Of a stretch of 64,000 nt of DNA, positions 28,273 to 41,494 are shown one piece after another (positions within the stretch are counted from its first letter, which is position 1; each line of letters starts with the position of its first letter). Source of the DNA: Candidatus Latescibacterota bacterium (lineage in GTDB: Bacteria > Latescibacterota > UBA2968 > UBA8231). Below the pieces are notes generated by a model. That model had not been told where the DNA came from, did not search any database, and saw only the letters and a list, made by a program, of their open reading frames with translations. Both the position numbers and the translations under genes were made by a program. The stretch is taken from positions 4,640,001 to 4,704,000 of the forward strand of contig OZ252098.1 of NCBI GenBank assembly GCA_965248355.1, given 5' to 3'.

Positions 28273-29496
28273 TCAGTTCCCTTTCTTCGGATCCGGTCCG
28301 GTGTACCTGGCGCGCGGCCGTATCAGCCGCCCGGTCTGGTACTGCTCGATCGCATGGGCGATCCAGCCGATGGTCCGCCCGAGGCAGAACAGCAGCAGGG
28401 CTGTTCCCTTCTCCAGTCCCAGGGCCCGGCGCAGGGCCACCAGCGCCAGGTCCACATTGTGGGAGAGCCCCGTCCGTTTCCCGACTTCCTCGATCAACTC
28501 CCTTGCGGTTTCCAGTTCCCGGGCCTCGGGGACCGCTTCCTCAAGCAGTTCCATGAGGATCGTCGCGCGTGGGTCGACGCCCCGATAGACCACGTGTCCG
28601 AAACCCTCGATGGCATCCCCTCTCCTCAGCCTGCTAGCGATCGTCTCCCCGGCGCCGTTCGCCTCCGCTTCGTCCCAAAGAGCCTCCAGGCGCCCGGTCG
28701 ATCCGCCGTGACGGGGGCCCTGCAGGGCGCTGAGTCCGGCCGTCACCACCGCGTAGAGGCTGGCCCCGCTCGAGGCCACGGTGCGGCAGGTGAAGGTGGA
28801 GACGTTGAGTTCGTGGTCGGCGCAGAGGATCAGGGCGGCTTCGATGAGCCGGGTGGTTTCCGGCCTTCCGGGCAGCCAGGCGCTCTGCAGGGTCCGGGCG
28901 ATCGGGTGGCCGGTCTGCGCGCGGCCAGCGGCAACCAGCGTCATGAGCCGTAGAATGCGGGCTCCGCAGCGATGGATGTGCGGAGGCGCCGTGGCGTAGG
29001 CCGCGGGATCTGCGGATCCGATCACGGGCAGCAGCGCCTGCATGCGCTCGACGGCTGACAGCGGCGCGAGCTCCGCGCTGAGGCCCGGGCTGACACCCTC
29101 CAGCCGGACTTCACCGGCGAATCCTTCGATGGGCAGAGATCGATCCCCCGTCCACAACAGGGCCGCGACCTCCTCGGCGGTGCTCTCGCGCGCCAGTTCG
29201 CCGACGCTGATCCCCCGGTAGTAGAGGTCGTCGTCGTCGATCCGGCTGAGGGCGGACTCCAGAACCGGGTCCCCGGCCCGCAGGGCCTGGCCGGCGGCTG
29301 CTTCGGGATGCGCTCGAACTTCCTTCTGATGGCGGAGCCGCTCGATGTCCTCGCGGTAGTACTGGCGAGTGCGGCGCCGCTGATCCCCGGTCTCGGAACG
29401 GATCAGGCCGCGGCTCACATAGGAATAGAGGGTCTGCGGCCGGATTCCCAGCTCGGAACAGGCCTCCGTGGAGGACAGGTAGCGCGAAGGAGCCAT
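28273..29496 (-). CDS. HTH (MerR/excisionase-like)-citrate synthase fusion
   Basis: YLSSTEACSELGIRPQTLYSYVSRGLI, followed by ADHELNVST, GPRHGG, GFGH, DPR, NVD. Confidence 0.88.
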   Translation of the reverse strand: MAPSRYLSSTEACSELGIRPQTLYSYVSRGLIRSETGDQRRRTRQYYREDIERLRHQKEVRAHPEAAAGQALRAGDPVLESALSRIDDDDLYYRGISVGELARESTAEEVAALLWTGDRSLPIEGFAGEVRLEGVSPGLSAELAPLSAVERMQALLPVIGSADPAAYATAPPHIHRCGARILRLMTLVAAGRAQTGHPIARTLQSAWLPGRPETTRLIEAALILCADHELNVSTFTCRTVASSGASLYAVVTAGLSALQGPRHGGSTGRLEALWDEAEANGAGETIASRLRRGDAIEGFGHVVYRGVDPRATILMELLEEAVPEARELETARELIEEVGKRTGLSHNVDLALVALRRALGLEKGTALLLFCLGRTIGWIAHAIEQYQTGRLIRPRARYTGPDPKKGN

Positions 29497-29505
29497 TCAG
29501 ATAGA

Positions 29506-29559
29506 TTGATTGGTGAATCAACATTGACAAGCTAAGGATCGGTGGTACAATCGTCAATC
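29506..29559. promoter_or_regulatory. Divergent promoter/operator region of the citrate synthase pair
   Basis: TTGATT-GGTG-AATCAA palindrome; TTGACA(29524)-16 nt-TACAAT(29546) with extended TG; ATTGAC...GTCAAT dyad. Confidence 0.65.
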
Positions 29560-30693
29560 ATGACCGGCGCGATCGAGGAAGGGCTGGAAGGCGTGGTCGC
29601 CGCCCGCACCCGGTTGAGCGGGATCGACGGCGAGAAGGGCCGACTCTGGCTGGCGGGATTCCCGGTCGAGGAGCTCGCCCCGAGGGCCCGTTTCGAGGAG
29701 ACGGTCTACCTGCTGTGGACCGGTGAGCTTCCGGACGCCGAGCAGCTCCGTTCACTCCAGGGACGGATGTCGAGCTGGACCCTGCCCGGGACCACCCGGT
29801 CCCTGATCGAGGCCGCCGCCGAGGCTGGACAAGGGCCGATCGACGTCCTGCGCCTGGCCCTCGATTCGCTGTGCCTCGAGGGCGCAGAGTCGGATGTCAC
29901 CCTGGTGGGTGCCACCTCCGTCATCGCCGCCGCGGTGTCGAGATCGATGGATGGGAAACCGGTGATTCAGCCGGACCCGTCACTCCGCATGGCGGCGAAC
30001 TTCCTCTACATGCTGTCCGGCCGCCGGCCGCCGGAGGCCAGGGCCCGGGCGCTGGACACCTACTTCAACACCATGGTCGACCACGGCATGAACGCTTCGA
30101 CCTTCACCGCCCGCGTCATCACCTCGACGCGCTCCGATCTGAAGTCGGCCGTCGTCGGCGCCCTCGGCGCCTTGAAAGGCCCTCTCCACGGAGGCGCGCC
30201 GGAGCCGGCGCTAACCATGCTGCAGGAGATCGGTGTTCCCGGCCGGGCGGAGCCGTTCATCCGCAGCGTCCTCGAGCGCGGCGAACGCCTGATGGGCTTC
30301 GGGCATCGCGAGTACAAGGCGCGGGATCCCCGGGCGGCCGTCCTCGCACAAGCCGCTGAGAAGCTGTGCCGGGCCAAGGGAGAGACAGGCCTGCTCGACC
30401 TGGCGGGAATCGTGGAAGCAGAGGCGGTGAGACTATTGGAGGAGTACAAGCCTGGGCGGCGCCTGTATGCCAACGCCGAGTTCTACACGGCGGTGCTGCT
30501 CCACGAGCTCGGAGTGCCGCCTGAGTTGTTCAGCTCCACCTTCGCCGTGAGCCGCATGGCCGGCTGGATCGCTCACTGCCGGGAGCAGGAGGCCGTTGGC
30601 CGGATCTTTCGCCCGCAGTCGGAGTACGTCGGGTGCCAGGATGGAGAGTGGGTGGACCTCGAGGAGCGCTACGCCGTCGCTCGTCAGGGTTGA
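29560..30693 (+). CDS. Citrate synthase / methylcitrate synthase family protein
   Basis: GLEGVVAA, DHGMNAST, GPLHGGA, MGFGHREYKARDPR, YANAEFY. Confidence 0.9.
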   Translation: MTGAIEEGLEGVVAARTRLSGIDGEKGRLWLAGFPVEELAPRARFEETVYLLWTGELPDAEQLRSLQGRMSSWTLPGTTRSLIEAAAEAGQGPIDVLRLALDSLCLEGAESDVTLVGATSVIAAAVSRSMDGKPVIQPDPSLRMAANFLYMLSGRRPPEARARALDTYFNTMVDHGMNASTFTARVITSTRSDLKSAVVGALGALKGPLHGGAPEPALTMLQEIGVPGRAEPFIRSVLERGERLMGFGHREYKARDPRAAVLAQAAEKLCRAKGETGLLDLAGIVEAEAVRLLEEYKPGRRLYANAEFYTAVLLHELGVPPELFSSTFAVSRMAGWIAHCREQEAVGRIFRPQSEYVGCQDGEWVDLEERYAVARQG

Positions 30694-30763
30694 TCGGGCA
30701 AGCGCAACGGCAGGGGCCAAGGGCGGCTTTCCCGGCCGGTGTGCCAAGGGGGGCTCCCCTGGC

Positions 30764-31180
30764 CTAACGCTCTTCTTGTTCGAGGGCCGCTGCGCGGCGG
30801 ACGAATTCCGCGAGGGGCTCGAGATCGCGGATCGCGCGGACCACCTGATCGTAGTCCGGGGCGACGTACCCGTGGATCAGAATGTTGCGGAACCCCGGAA
30901 GGCGGGCGAGCTGAGCCACGAGCTCCGGCGGGAACTCCTCGTAGGCCGACAGGCTCCGTACGGCCCCGGTGTAGTCCTCGAAGCGCTGCCCGCGGCGGGC
31001 GCCCAGTTCCCCGGATATGTCGATGACGAGCTGCGCCGCGGTCAACAGGGAGAACAGGACGTCGTTGTGAAGACTCAGATCCCGCTGCAGGGATTCGGGC
31101 CCCTCGACCTTCGGTTCCAGCTCTCTCAGGTGGTCGAGGTGTTTCCGCAACTCCGCGAGCCGTTCCACCAGGTAGGTCAC
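30764..31180 (-). CDS. HEPN (DUF86) toxin, HepT-like
   Basis: GFRNILIHGY RX4HXY motif. Confidence 0.9.
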   Translation of the reverse strand: MTYLVERLAELRKHLDHLRELEPKVEGPESLQRDLSLHNDVLFSLLTAAQLVIDISGELGARRGQRFEDYTGAVRSLSAYEEFPPELVAQLARLPGFRNILIHGYVAPDYDQVVRAIRDLEPLAEFVRRAAALEQEER

Positions 31181-31620
31181 GAGGAAAGCGCCCGGAGCTT
31201 GATCTGCCGCATCCGCCGCAGGAACGGATCGAGGTCCGCGGCACGCAGCTGCACGTCGCGGCAGAAGGCGTGATCGGCCTCGTGGTCGGCCACGTACACG
31301 CGGACGCCCGCGGTGATCGCATGGCGTCCGAGGCCGGGCGGGACGTCGTTGAGCACGACGAGGTCGATGTCGTTGTTCCCAAGCGCGTGGATCAGCTCGG
31401 AGGTGAGCCGCACGCGCTCCTCCGCCCGCTGCGCCCGGGAGGGGAAGCAGGCGCGGTCCAGGAGCACGGCCACGTCGACGTCGCTCTGCGCGTGCTCTTC
31501 CCCCCGGGCCACGCTTCCATAGAGATAGACCGCGGCTACTCCGGGCGGGCGCTCCCGGTGGAAGAACTCACGCAGGGCCTTCTCGGGCGCTCTCTTGGTT
31601 GTGTGTTCGGGCTGCATCAC
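31177..31620 (-). CDS. Minimal nucleotidyltransferase antitoxin, MntA-like
   Basis: YLYGSVARG...SDVDVAV (GSX10DXD); stop overlaps the HEPN start. Confidence 0.9.
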   Translation of the reverse strand: MMQPEHTTKRAPEKALREFFHRERPPGVAAVYLYGSVARGEEHAQSDVDVAVLLDRACFPSRAQRAEERVRLTSELIHALGNNDIDLVVLNDVPPGLGRHAITAGVRVYVADHEADHAFCRDVQLRAADLDPFLRRMRQIKLRALSS

Positions 31621-31649
31621 CTTGGGTCTTTCCGGATCTGGTGGAATAT

Positions 31650-31935
31650 ATGAAGGCCGTCCTGTTCGATCTCTACGAGACCCTCGTCACCGAGAATCAC
31701 CCGGAATGGCATGCTCCTGCGCCGACGCCGGGCGAGCGGCTCGGAATAGCTCAGGAGGACTTCAACCGCGAGTGGTCGGTCCGCTACCAGGCGCGCATGA
31801 CCGGGAAGCTGCGCAACTACAGCGACGTGTTGAGGGAGATCTGCGGTTCGTGCGGGATCGAGCCGCCTGAAGCGGGATCTCCCTGATGCAGGCGGAGCGG
31901 CTGGCCGCCAAGGCGCGGCCCTTTGGTAGCGGTCC
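31650..31935 (+). pseudogene. HAD-family hydrolase N-terminal fragment
   Basis: MKAVLFDLYETLV motif I, then premature stop. Confidence 0.65.
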
Positions 31936-31939
31936 AGGA

Positions 31940-32660
31940 GGGCGGACCGGCTCATCCACATCTCCCCGACCTCGAAGGAAGCCGTCAGGTCGGGGGGCCG
32001 GCCGTCATCGGCGCGCAGAGGCCCCGAGGGGCGGTAAAGGGCCAGCAGGCCCAGCATGTACATCCGCTCCAGCTCCAGCCGCCAGCTCCGGGGTCGCGCC
32101 CAGACGGAAAAACCCAGCCTCCGGGCGCCTCTGAAGAGAAGGGTCTTGTGCAACCGGCTGCCGCCCGTCCGCAGGGACGCGCCCGCCCGGCGCATCAGGT
32201 CCAGGTCCTCGGCGAGGCTGAAACAGCCGGCGGTCCAGGTAGAACATCTGGCCATGGATCCCGAAGGTCCGCTTGCCGAACTCCAGGGCGTGGAAGAAGC
32301 CCCGCTCCCAGAAGTCGTCGGAGTCGGCCAGGACCGCAATGCTGCCTCCCCGGGCGCCTCCGGCCCAGGCCGCGGCCACGTCCCGGGCCACCGTCGGTCC
32401 GAGGGTGGAATCGGCATCCAGGAAGACCAGGACCTCACCGCCCGCCGCTGCCGCGCCCCGGTTCTTCGCCGGCCCCACGCCGCGCTGCGGCTCCCGCACC
32501 AGGCTCAGGCGAGGCGTCGGCGGGGGCGAGGACTCCCAGCGCCGCGCCAGCTCCAGCACGACCTCCACCACGACGCACTCGAGCCGGTCCGCGGGATACT
32601 GCTGCATGGCCACCGATCCGATGGCGCCGGCGATGCAGACCTGCTCGTTGAGGGCGTCGA
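31940..32660 (-). pseudogene. Glycosyltransferase family 2, fragmented
   Basis: AKNRGAAAAGGEVLVFLDADS; AED in another frame; N-terminus and DxGS segment missing. Confidence 0.7.
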
Positions 32661-32766
32661 GGGATCCTCCCCCCTTGCGACCCCCTCCTCCTATGGCAAT
32701 CATTCCCACAGCTTCCCGCAGGAGGGCCTGCCGTGCACATCACCAGCACCAGGAGTCACCGACAGC

Positions 32767-33834
32767 ATGAGCGAGAGAATCAGGATCGGTTTCATCGGTT
32801 GCGGCCGGGCGGCGCAGACCGTGCACCTGCCGTACTTCGCCGCCTCCGACCGGTGCGAGATCACCACCCTTGTGGACAGGCGGGTGGAGCTGGCATCGGA
32901 ACTGGCCTCACAGTACGGCATCGGCAAGGTCGCCGGGGACCACCGCGTGCTGCGCGACGATCCCGAAATCGACGCGGTGGTCATGATCCTGCGCGAGCCC
33001 TTGCACGCTCCGGTGGGGATCGACCTTCTGCGGGCCGGCAAGCACGTCTTCACCGAGAAGCCCCTCTCCGACCGGCTGCCCGAGGCGCGCCGGCTGGTCG
33101 ACGCCGCGAGAGAGACCGGCCGCCTGCTGATGGTGGGCTACATGCGCCGCTACGACCCCGGCATCGAGAAGGCCCGTGAGCTGCTGGCCGAGGTGCGCGC
33201 CTCCGGGGAGCTGGGCCGGATCGTGCAGGTCCGGATCCACACCCACGGCGGTGGGGGATCGGCCCACGACTTCGGCTCGAAGGAGCCGGTCACGACCCCG
33301 GAGGAGAAGCCGCCCGTGCCCACCGGCCCCGACGACGGTCTTCCCGCCGAGGTCCACCGGCTGTCGTGGAGCACCAACTTCTTCGACACCCATCTCAGCG
33401 ACATGCTGATCCATCTCCTCGATCCGGTGCGCGAGCTCCTCGTCGCCGACATGGACCCGGAGACCCGCGCCCGCATGTTCATCTACGACCACGGCGGTTA
33501 CAAGACCGTGCACACGGGCAGCGCCTCGGTGGTGGGTACCCGCGACGAGAGCATGATCGTCTACTTCGAGAGGGGGCGGCTGACGATCCGGCCCTCTGCC
33601 AACTTCCGCCGCGACCAGCACGCCCGGGTCGAGCTGCTGCGCGGCGCCGGTCCGTCGCCGGTGATCGAGCGGCCCGTGGTGGCCGGACCCTGGTGCTTCC
33701 GGGCCCAGGCCGAGCACTTCCTGCGCTGCGCCGCCACCGGCGAACGGCCTCGCTGCACGGGGCAGGACGCGATAGCGAATGCCGAGTTGCTGCACGCCAT
33801 CCTTCGCAAGCTGGCCTGTCAGGGCTGCGAATAG
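32767..33834 (+). CDS. Gfo/Idh/MocA family oxidoreductase
   Basis: IGFIGCG, GKHVFTEKP, VGYMRRYDPG. Confidence 0.9.
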   Translation: MSERIRIGFIGCGRAAQTVHLPYFAASDRCEITTLVDRRVELASELASQYGIGKVAGDHRVLRDDPEIDAVVMILREPLHAPVGIDLLRAGKHVFTEKPLSDRLPEARRLVDAARETGRLLMVGYMRRYDPGIEKARELLAEVRASGELGRIVQVRIHTHGGGGSAHDFGSKEPVTTPEEKPPVPTGPDDGLPAEVHRLSWSTNFFDTHLSDMLIHLLDPVRELLVADMDPETRARMFIYDHGGYKTVHTGSASVVGTRDESMIVYFERGRLTIRPSANFRRDQHARVELLRGAGPSPVIERPVVAGPWCFRAQAEHFLRCAATGERPRCTGQDAIANAELLHAILRKLACQGCE

Positions 33835-33901
33835 AGTGGAGGCTTCCGCGAAGAGAGCCGCAGCAGGGGGTGCGCTCTGCCCATTCCTCCTCTTTGTCGA
33901 C

Positions 33902-34765
33902 TTTGCAGGCCTGAGCTCGTTGCAACAGCTCGATTTGCGCCACAACGCTCTCGAGACCTTGCCAGCCGGTGTGTTCTCGGGTCTGAGTTCGCTGGAATTC
34001 CTCTGGCTGGCCGACAACGCTCTCTCGTCATTGCCGGCCGATCTGTTTTCGGATGCGACGTCGCTGATAAGACTTCGGTTGCAGAACAACGCCCTTGCGT
34101 CCCTGCCTCCTGGCGTGTTCTCGGGTCTGTCTTCTCTGGAGTGGCTCATGCTGGGCGGCAACGCCCTCGAGAGATTGCCCCTCGGTCTGTTTGCGGGCCT
34201 GTCGTCCCTGGAAACGCTGGAGCTGTGGGACAACGCCCTCGAATCCCTCCCGCCCGGCGTGTTTTCCGATCTGCGTTCGCTGGAAAGGCTCGATCTGGCC
34301 GCCAACGCACTCACGTCGCTCTCGGCCGGTGTGTTCTCGGGTCTGAGGTCTCTCCGACAGCTCGACCTGCGCCATAACGCTCTCGAGACCTTGCCCGCCG
34401 ATGTGTTCAGTGAACTGCCATTGCTGCAACGGCTCCATCTGTCCGGCAATCCCGGCTATCCACTGTTCGAGCCCATCACCACCACGATGGCCGAAGGGCC
34501 GCGGACGGCCGTACCGATCACCAGCGGTCTGGATCCAAGTTTCCCCTACCGTCTGGCCGCGGCCGGTCCGGTCCGACTGGAGATCTACACGGTCGCAGGT
34601 CAGCCCGTGCGCACGCTGGTGGACCGCGTCCAGGCTTCTGGTCGATACCAGGTTTCCTGGGATGGCCGCGACCAGCGGGGCGTTGCGGTGGCGGCTGGCG
34701 TCTATTGGACATGTCTGCATTATCCAGGCGGGAAGCAGACGCGCCGCGTACTCCATCTCAAATGA
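33902..34765 (+). pseudogene. 5'-truncated typical-class LRR protein with FlgD-Ig-like tail
   Basis: Eight 24-aa LxxLxLxxNxLxxLPxGVF units; no start codon or signal peptide; tail lacks the 10 aa NPFN... segment present in the 62.5-kb paralog. Confidence 0.75.
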
Positions 34766-34811
34766 GACACCCGGCCGGCACTCCGAGCCGGTGTCTTCAC
34801 AGGAAAGGCTC

Positions 34812-36305
34812 ATGCTGACACAAATCGACTATGGGGTGATTGCCGTCTACGCGGCTTTGATGGTGTGGATCGGAGTTCTGGCCAGGCGCAAGTCCGGCAA
34901 CGTGGAACAGTACTTCGCGGCGGGGCACGGGTTGCCGTGGTGGATGGCTGCCATCTCTCACCATGTCTCCGGGTACAGCGCGGTCGCCTTTGTCGGTTTT
35001 GCCGGCCGGGCGGCGGTGACGGGATTCAGCATGTGGACCCTGTTCTCCCTCGGGGTCTTCGTGGCGCTGGTGATCGGATGCCTCGTCTGGGCGCCGAGGT
35101 GGTCGAGACTGAAAGTCCTGACGCCGGTGGAGTACCTGGAAGCGCGCTACGGCAATTCCGTGAGGGGTCTGATTGCGGTTTCCGGCATCCTCATCAAGTT
35201 CATCGATCTCGGCATCAAGCTGTTCGCGATCTCCATCGTCGTCCACGTGGTCACCGGCTGGGAGGTGCTGCCGGTTATCGTTGTCTCGGGTCTGATCACC
35301 ATCGCCTACGTGTTCATTGGAGGACTGTGGGCTACGGTACTCACCGACCTGGTGCAGTTCGTGGTCCAGCTCGTCATGAGTCTGGCCGTGCTCTTCATCG
35401 CGCTGGATATGGTGGGAGGCTGGAACGCGATGTGGGACAGTTTGCCACAGGAGCGTGCTGGCCTGTTCAACGCGTCGGAGGGGATCAGCGTGAGTTTCTG
35501 GCTGGTCTATGTGATTGTGATCATTTTGAGCTACAACGGGGGCACCTGGGGACTGGCGCAGCGATTCGTGTCGGTCGACAAGCCGAGGGACGCCCAGAAG
35601 GCGGCCCTCTTGTCGGCGATTCTCTATTTGCTCTATCCCATCGTCATCTTCGTCCCCGCGTGGGCCGCGCCGCTGCTGATGCCCGAATACTTCGATCCGG
35701 AGACACTTCGGCCAATCGCCGGCTTCGATCTGGATCACACATATATTCTTGTAACGCAGAAATTACTGTCGACCCTGGCGCCAGGCCTGATCGGGCTGCT
35801 GGTATGCTCCATGTTTGCGGCGACCATGTCCATGATAGACAGCGACATCAACGCGCTGGCCGCGGTGTTCACCAAGGACTTCTACCAGCGCAATTTCAAG
35901 CGCGACATAGACGACAAGGCGTTGTTCCGGGCGGGCATGGCCATAACGGCGATTCTGGGTTTCGGGGTTCTCGTTACCGCCATCGTGATCTCCCAGAGTG
36001 AGGGATCGAACAAGGTGTTCACCCTGACCGTGAAACTATTCGGGGGCCTCCTGTCGCCCATCGCAATCCCCTTGATGTTCGGGATGATCTGGAAACGCCC
36101 GACGGCGAGGGGTGCGATACTCTCCTTTGCCGGCGGTGTGATCACCTATTTCATCATGATTCAACTGACCGACAGGTTCGAGATATATGTAGGCGTGGAA
36201 ATCCTCGTTGCCCTGGCCATCTACTTCGGCGAGGGTTATATCGGCAAGCGCAGCGAGGAGAAGGAGGCGGAGGTGACGGCCCTTTTCGACAGGATCCGGG
36301 GTTGA
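34812..36305 (+). CDS. Sodium:solute symporter family transporter
   Basis: YFAAG...PWW, TPVEYLEARY, GGLWATVLTD, AATMS. Confidence 0.92.
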   Translation: MLTQIDYGVIAVYAALMVWIGVLARRKSGNVEQYFAAGHGLPWWMAAISHHVSGYSAVAFVGFAGRAAVTGFSMWTLFSLGVFVALVIGCLVWAPRWSRLKVLTPVEYLEARYGNSVRGLIAVSGILIKFIDLGIKLFAISIVVHVVTGWEVLPVIVVSGLITIAYVFIGGLWATVLTDLVQFVVQLVMSLAVLFIALDMVGGWNAMWDSLPQERAGLFNASEGISVSFWLVYVIVIILSYNGGTWGLAQRFVSVDKPRDAQKAALLSAILYLLYPIVIFVPAWAAPLLMPEYFDPETLRPIAGFDLDHTYILVTQKLLSTLAPGLIGLLVCSMFAATMSMIDSDINALAAVFTKDFYQRNFKRDIDDKALFRAGMAITAILGFGVLVTAIVISQSEGSNKVFTLTVKLFGGLLSPIAIPLMFGMIWKRPTARGAILSFAGGVITYFIMIQLTDRFEIYVGVEILVALAIYFGEGYIGKRSEEKEAEVTALFDRIRG

Positions 36306-36311
36306 TGCAAT

Positions 36312-36393
36312 CGGCACTCTTGTCGAGGGCCCCCGGAACCTGCCATCAGCGGAGGCGGATTCCCTTGCCTGAACCGGGAGAGTGCCGTTTTTT
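36312..36393 (+). terminator. Long stem-loop followed by U6 between the SSS gene and katG
   Basis: CGGCACTCT (36312-20) pairs with AGAGTGCCG (36379-87), then TTTTTT; the enclosed region is unusually long. Confidence 0.4.
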
Positions 36394-36429
36394 CCCTACC
36401 CGCAGGGCTCGCAACGGTCCAGCAGATAG

Positions 36430-40077
<3,648 letters not shown>

Positions 40078-40097
<20 letters not shown>

Positions 40098-41001
40098 GTC
40101 GGCGGATGTTGGCGTAGTTCGTCGCCATCGCCTCCAGCCGGGAGCCGCTGGCCGGCACGAAGTGGGTGGCGATGGAGAGGACCACGTCGCAGCGGTTGTC
40201 GCGCAGGTTGCGCAGGATCGTCGGGTAGTCCACGTCTCCCTCGCCGATGGGGGCGTACTCGAATTCGAGCCTCGATCCGTCGATGGTGCGCAGGTCCTTG
40301 GCGTGCACGCCGTGCAGGTAGGGGCGCAGGTTCTCGAAGCCGGCGGTGGCGTTGTCGACCTCGCCGCAGTTGTGGCTGTCGGCCGGGCACCAGAGGGCCT
40401 TGAACCGGCGCGAGCCCACGGCCTCGACGATGCGGCGGAAGTTGCGGCTGGTGTTGCCGTAGTTCCACTGCATCATCAGGAAGGCGATGTCCACGTCGTG
40501 CTTCTCGGCGAGGTCGGCGAACATGGAGAAGGCCTCCACCAGCTTGGCCATGTCGCCGTCGGAGATGATGCCGCCGCGGGTGGCCCAGCGCATGGGCCAG
40601 GTCGGCTTGCCGCCGGTGTACTCGGCCGGCCAGGCGAAGCTGCTGCAGCCCACCGCCCCGATTCCCAGGCGGGCCGAGACCTCCATCGCCCGTTCCAGCT
40701 TGGCCAAGTGCTCCCGGAACTGCTCGTGCTCCAGCATCCGGCCCGGCTCCAGCTCGGCCAGGTGCACGGTCTTGAACAACCCGGCGCCGTCGAGCAGGAA
40801 GAACTCGAGGCCGTGGGCGGCGACCTGCCCCGCGGCCTTGTCGATCTCGGCGTCGGCCAGCTCGTAGAGGCTGCGGTTGTCGGAGTGGGCGCCGCACCAG
40901 ACGTAGCGGGCGCCCAGGTCGCGAGCCGTGGCCAGCGATTGCTCGAAGGGCTGCTGAAGCTCCCCGAGGTAGATCCCCATCTTGAATTCGTAGGCGCTCA
41001 T
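40078..41001 (-). CDS. Sugar phosphate isomerase/epimerase (xylose isomerase-like TIM barrel)
   Basis: VHAKD, PIGEGDVDY, SIATH. Confidence 0.8.
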
Positions 41002-41058
41002 GATCTCCTGTCTCCGCGAGGGCTCGTGAGCCGGCGAGCCTCGCCTGCGGGTCGGACC

Positions 41059-41088
41059 GATTACTCAACATACTGAGTAATCTTACTC
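41059..41088. promoter_or_regulatory. Perfect 9-bp inverted repeat with 6-nt spacer plus overlapping second dyad
   Basis: GATTACTCA-ACATAC-TGAGTAATC; GAGTAA-TC-TTACTC. Confidence 0.55.
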
Positions 41089-41165
41089 GGTATCCGGCCA
41101 ACGGAAGAGAGCCCGCGAGCGGAAACCGGCCCGGGTGCAGTGGCAAGGGCGGTTCCGCAGCGGGC

Positions 41166-41211
41166 GAAATCCCGCCCCTGACCTTACAGAAATCCCGCCC
41201 CTGACCTTACA
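41166..41211. repeat. Perfect 23-bp tandem duplication
   Basis: GAAATCCCGCCCCTGACCTTACA x2. Confidence 0.9.
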
Positions 41212-41337
41212 ATAGATGCCGCCCGTAACCTTGGGCCGGCGTCCCCGCCGGCCTCGCGCGGGCCTTCCGCTGCCCCCCCCGGCGGTCCGGGCTCCCCTCC
41301 CGGTGATGCCGTCCGGCGGCGGATCCTACTCTGGAAG

Positions 41338-41383
41338 AGCACAGGTGCCTCTGTTGCCTCGCACGACAGAAGTCCCGCCCGTC
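41338..41383 (+). repeat. About 45-bp direct repeat, copy 1 (copy 2 at 46926-46969)
   Basis: AGCACAGGTGCCTCTGTTGCCTCGCACGACAGAAGTCCCGCC. Confidence 0.75.
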
Positions 41384-41494
41384 TTGCAGCTACAACCAGC
41401 TTTGGCCCGGCTACTCGACCAACGAGGAGGCTGACCGCCGAGAGGTGGACGAACTGCTGAAGCAATGGAAGTCACCAATCATGTCGGTACTACG

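Noticed and set aside
36335..36375. Fluoride riboswitch on the minus strand
   Set aside because: Only loose resemblance (GGC..GGA..CGCC...GCTGATG), missing conserved parts, and no downstream minus-strand gene.
41059..41082. dif (XerCD) site
   Set aside because: The spacer geometry fits, but the arms do not match the XerD-arm consensus TTATGTTAAAT.
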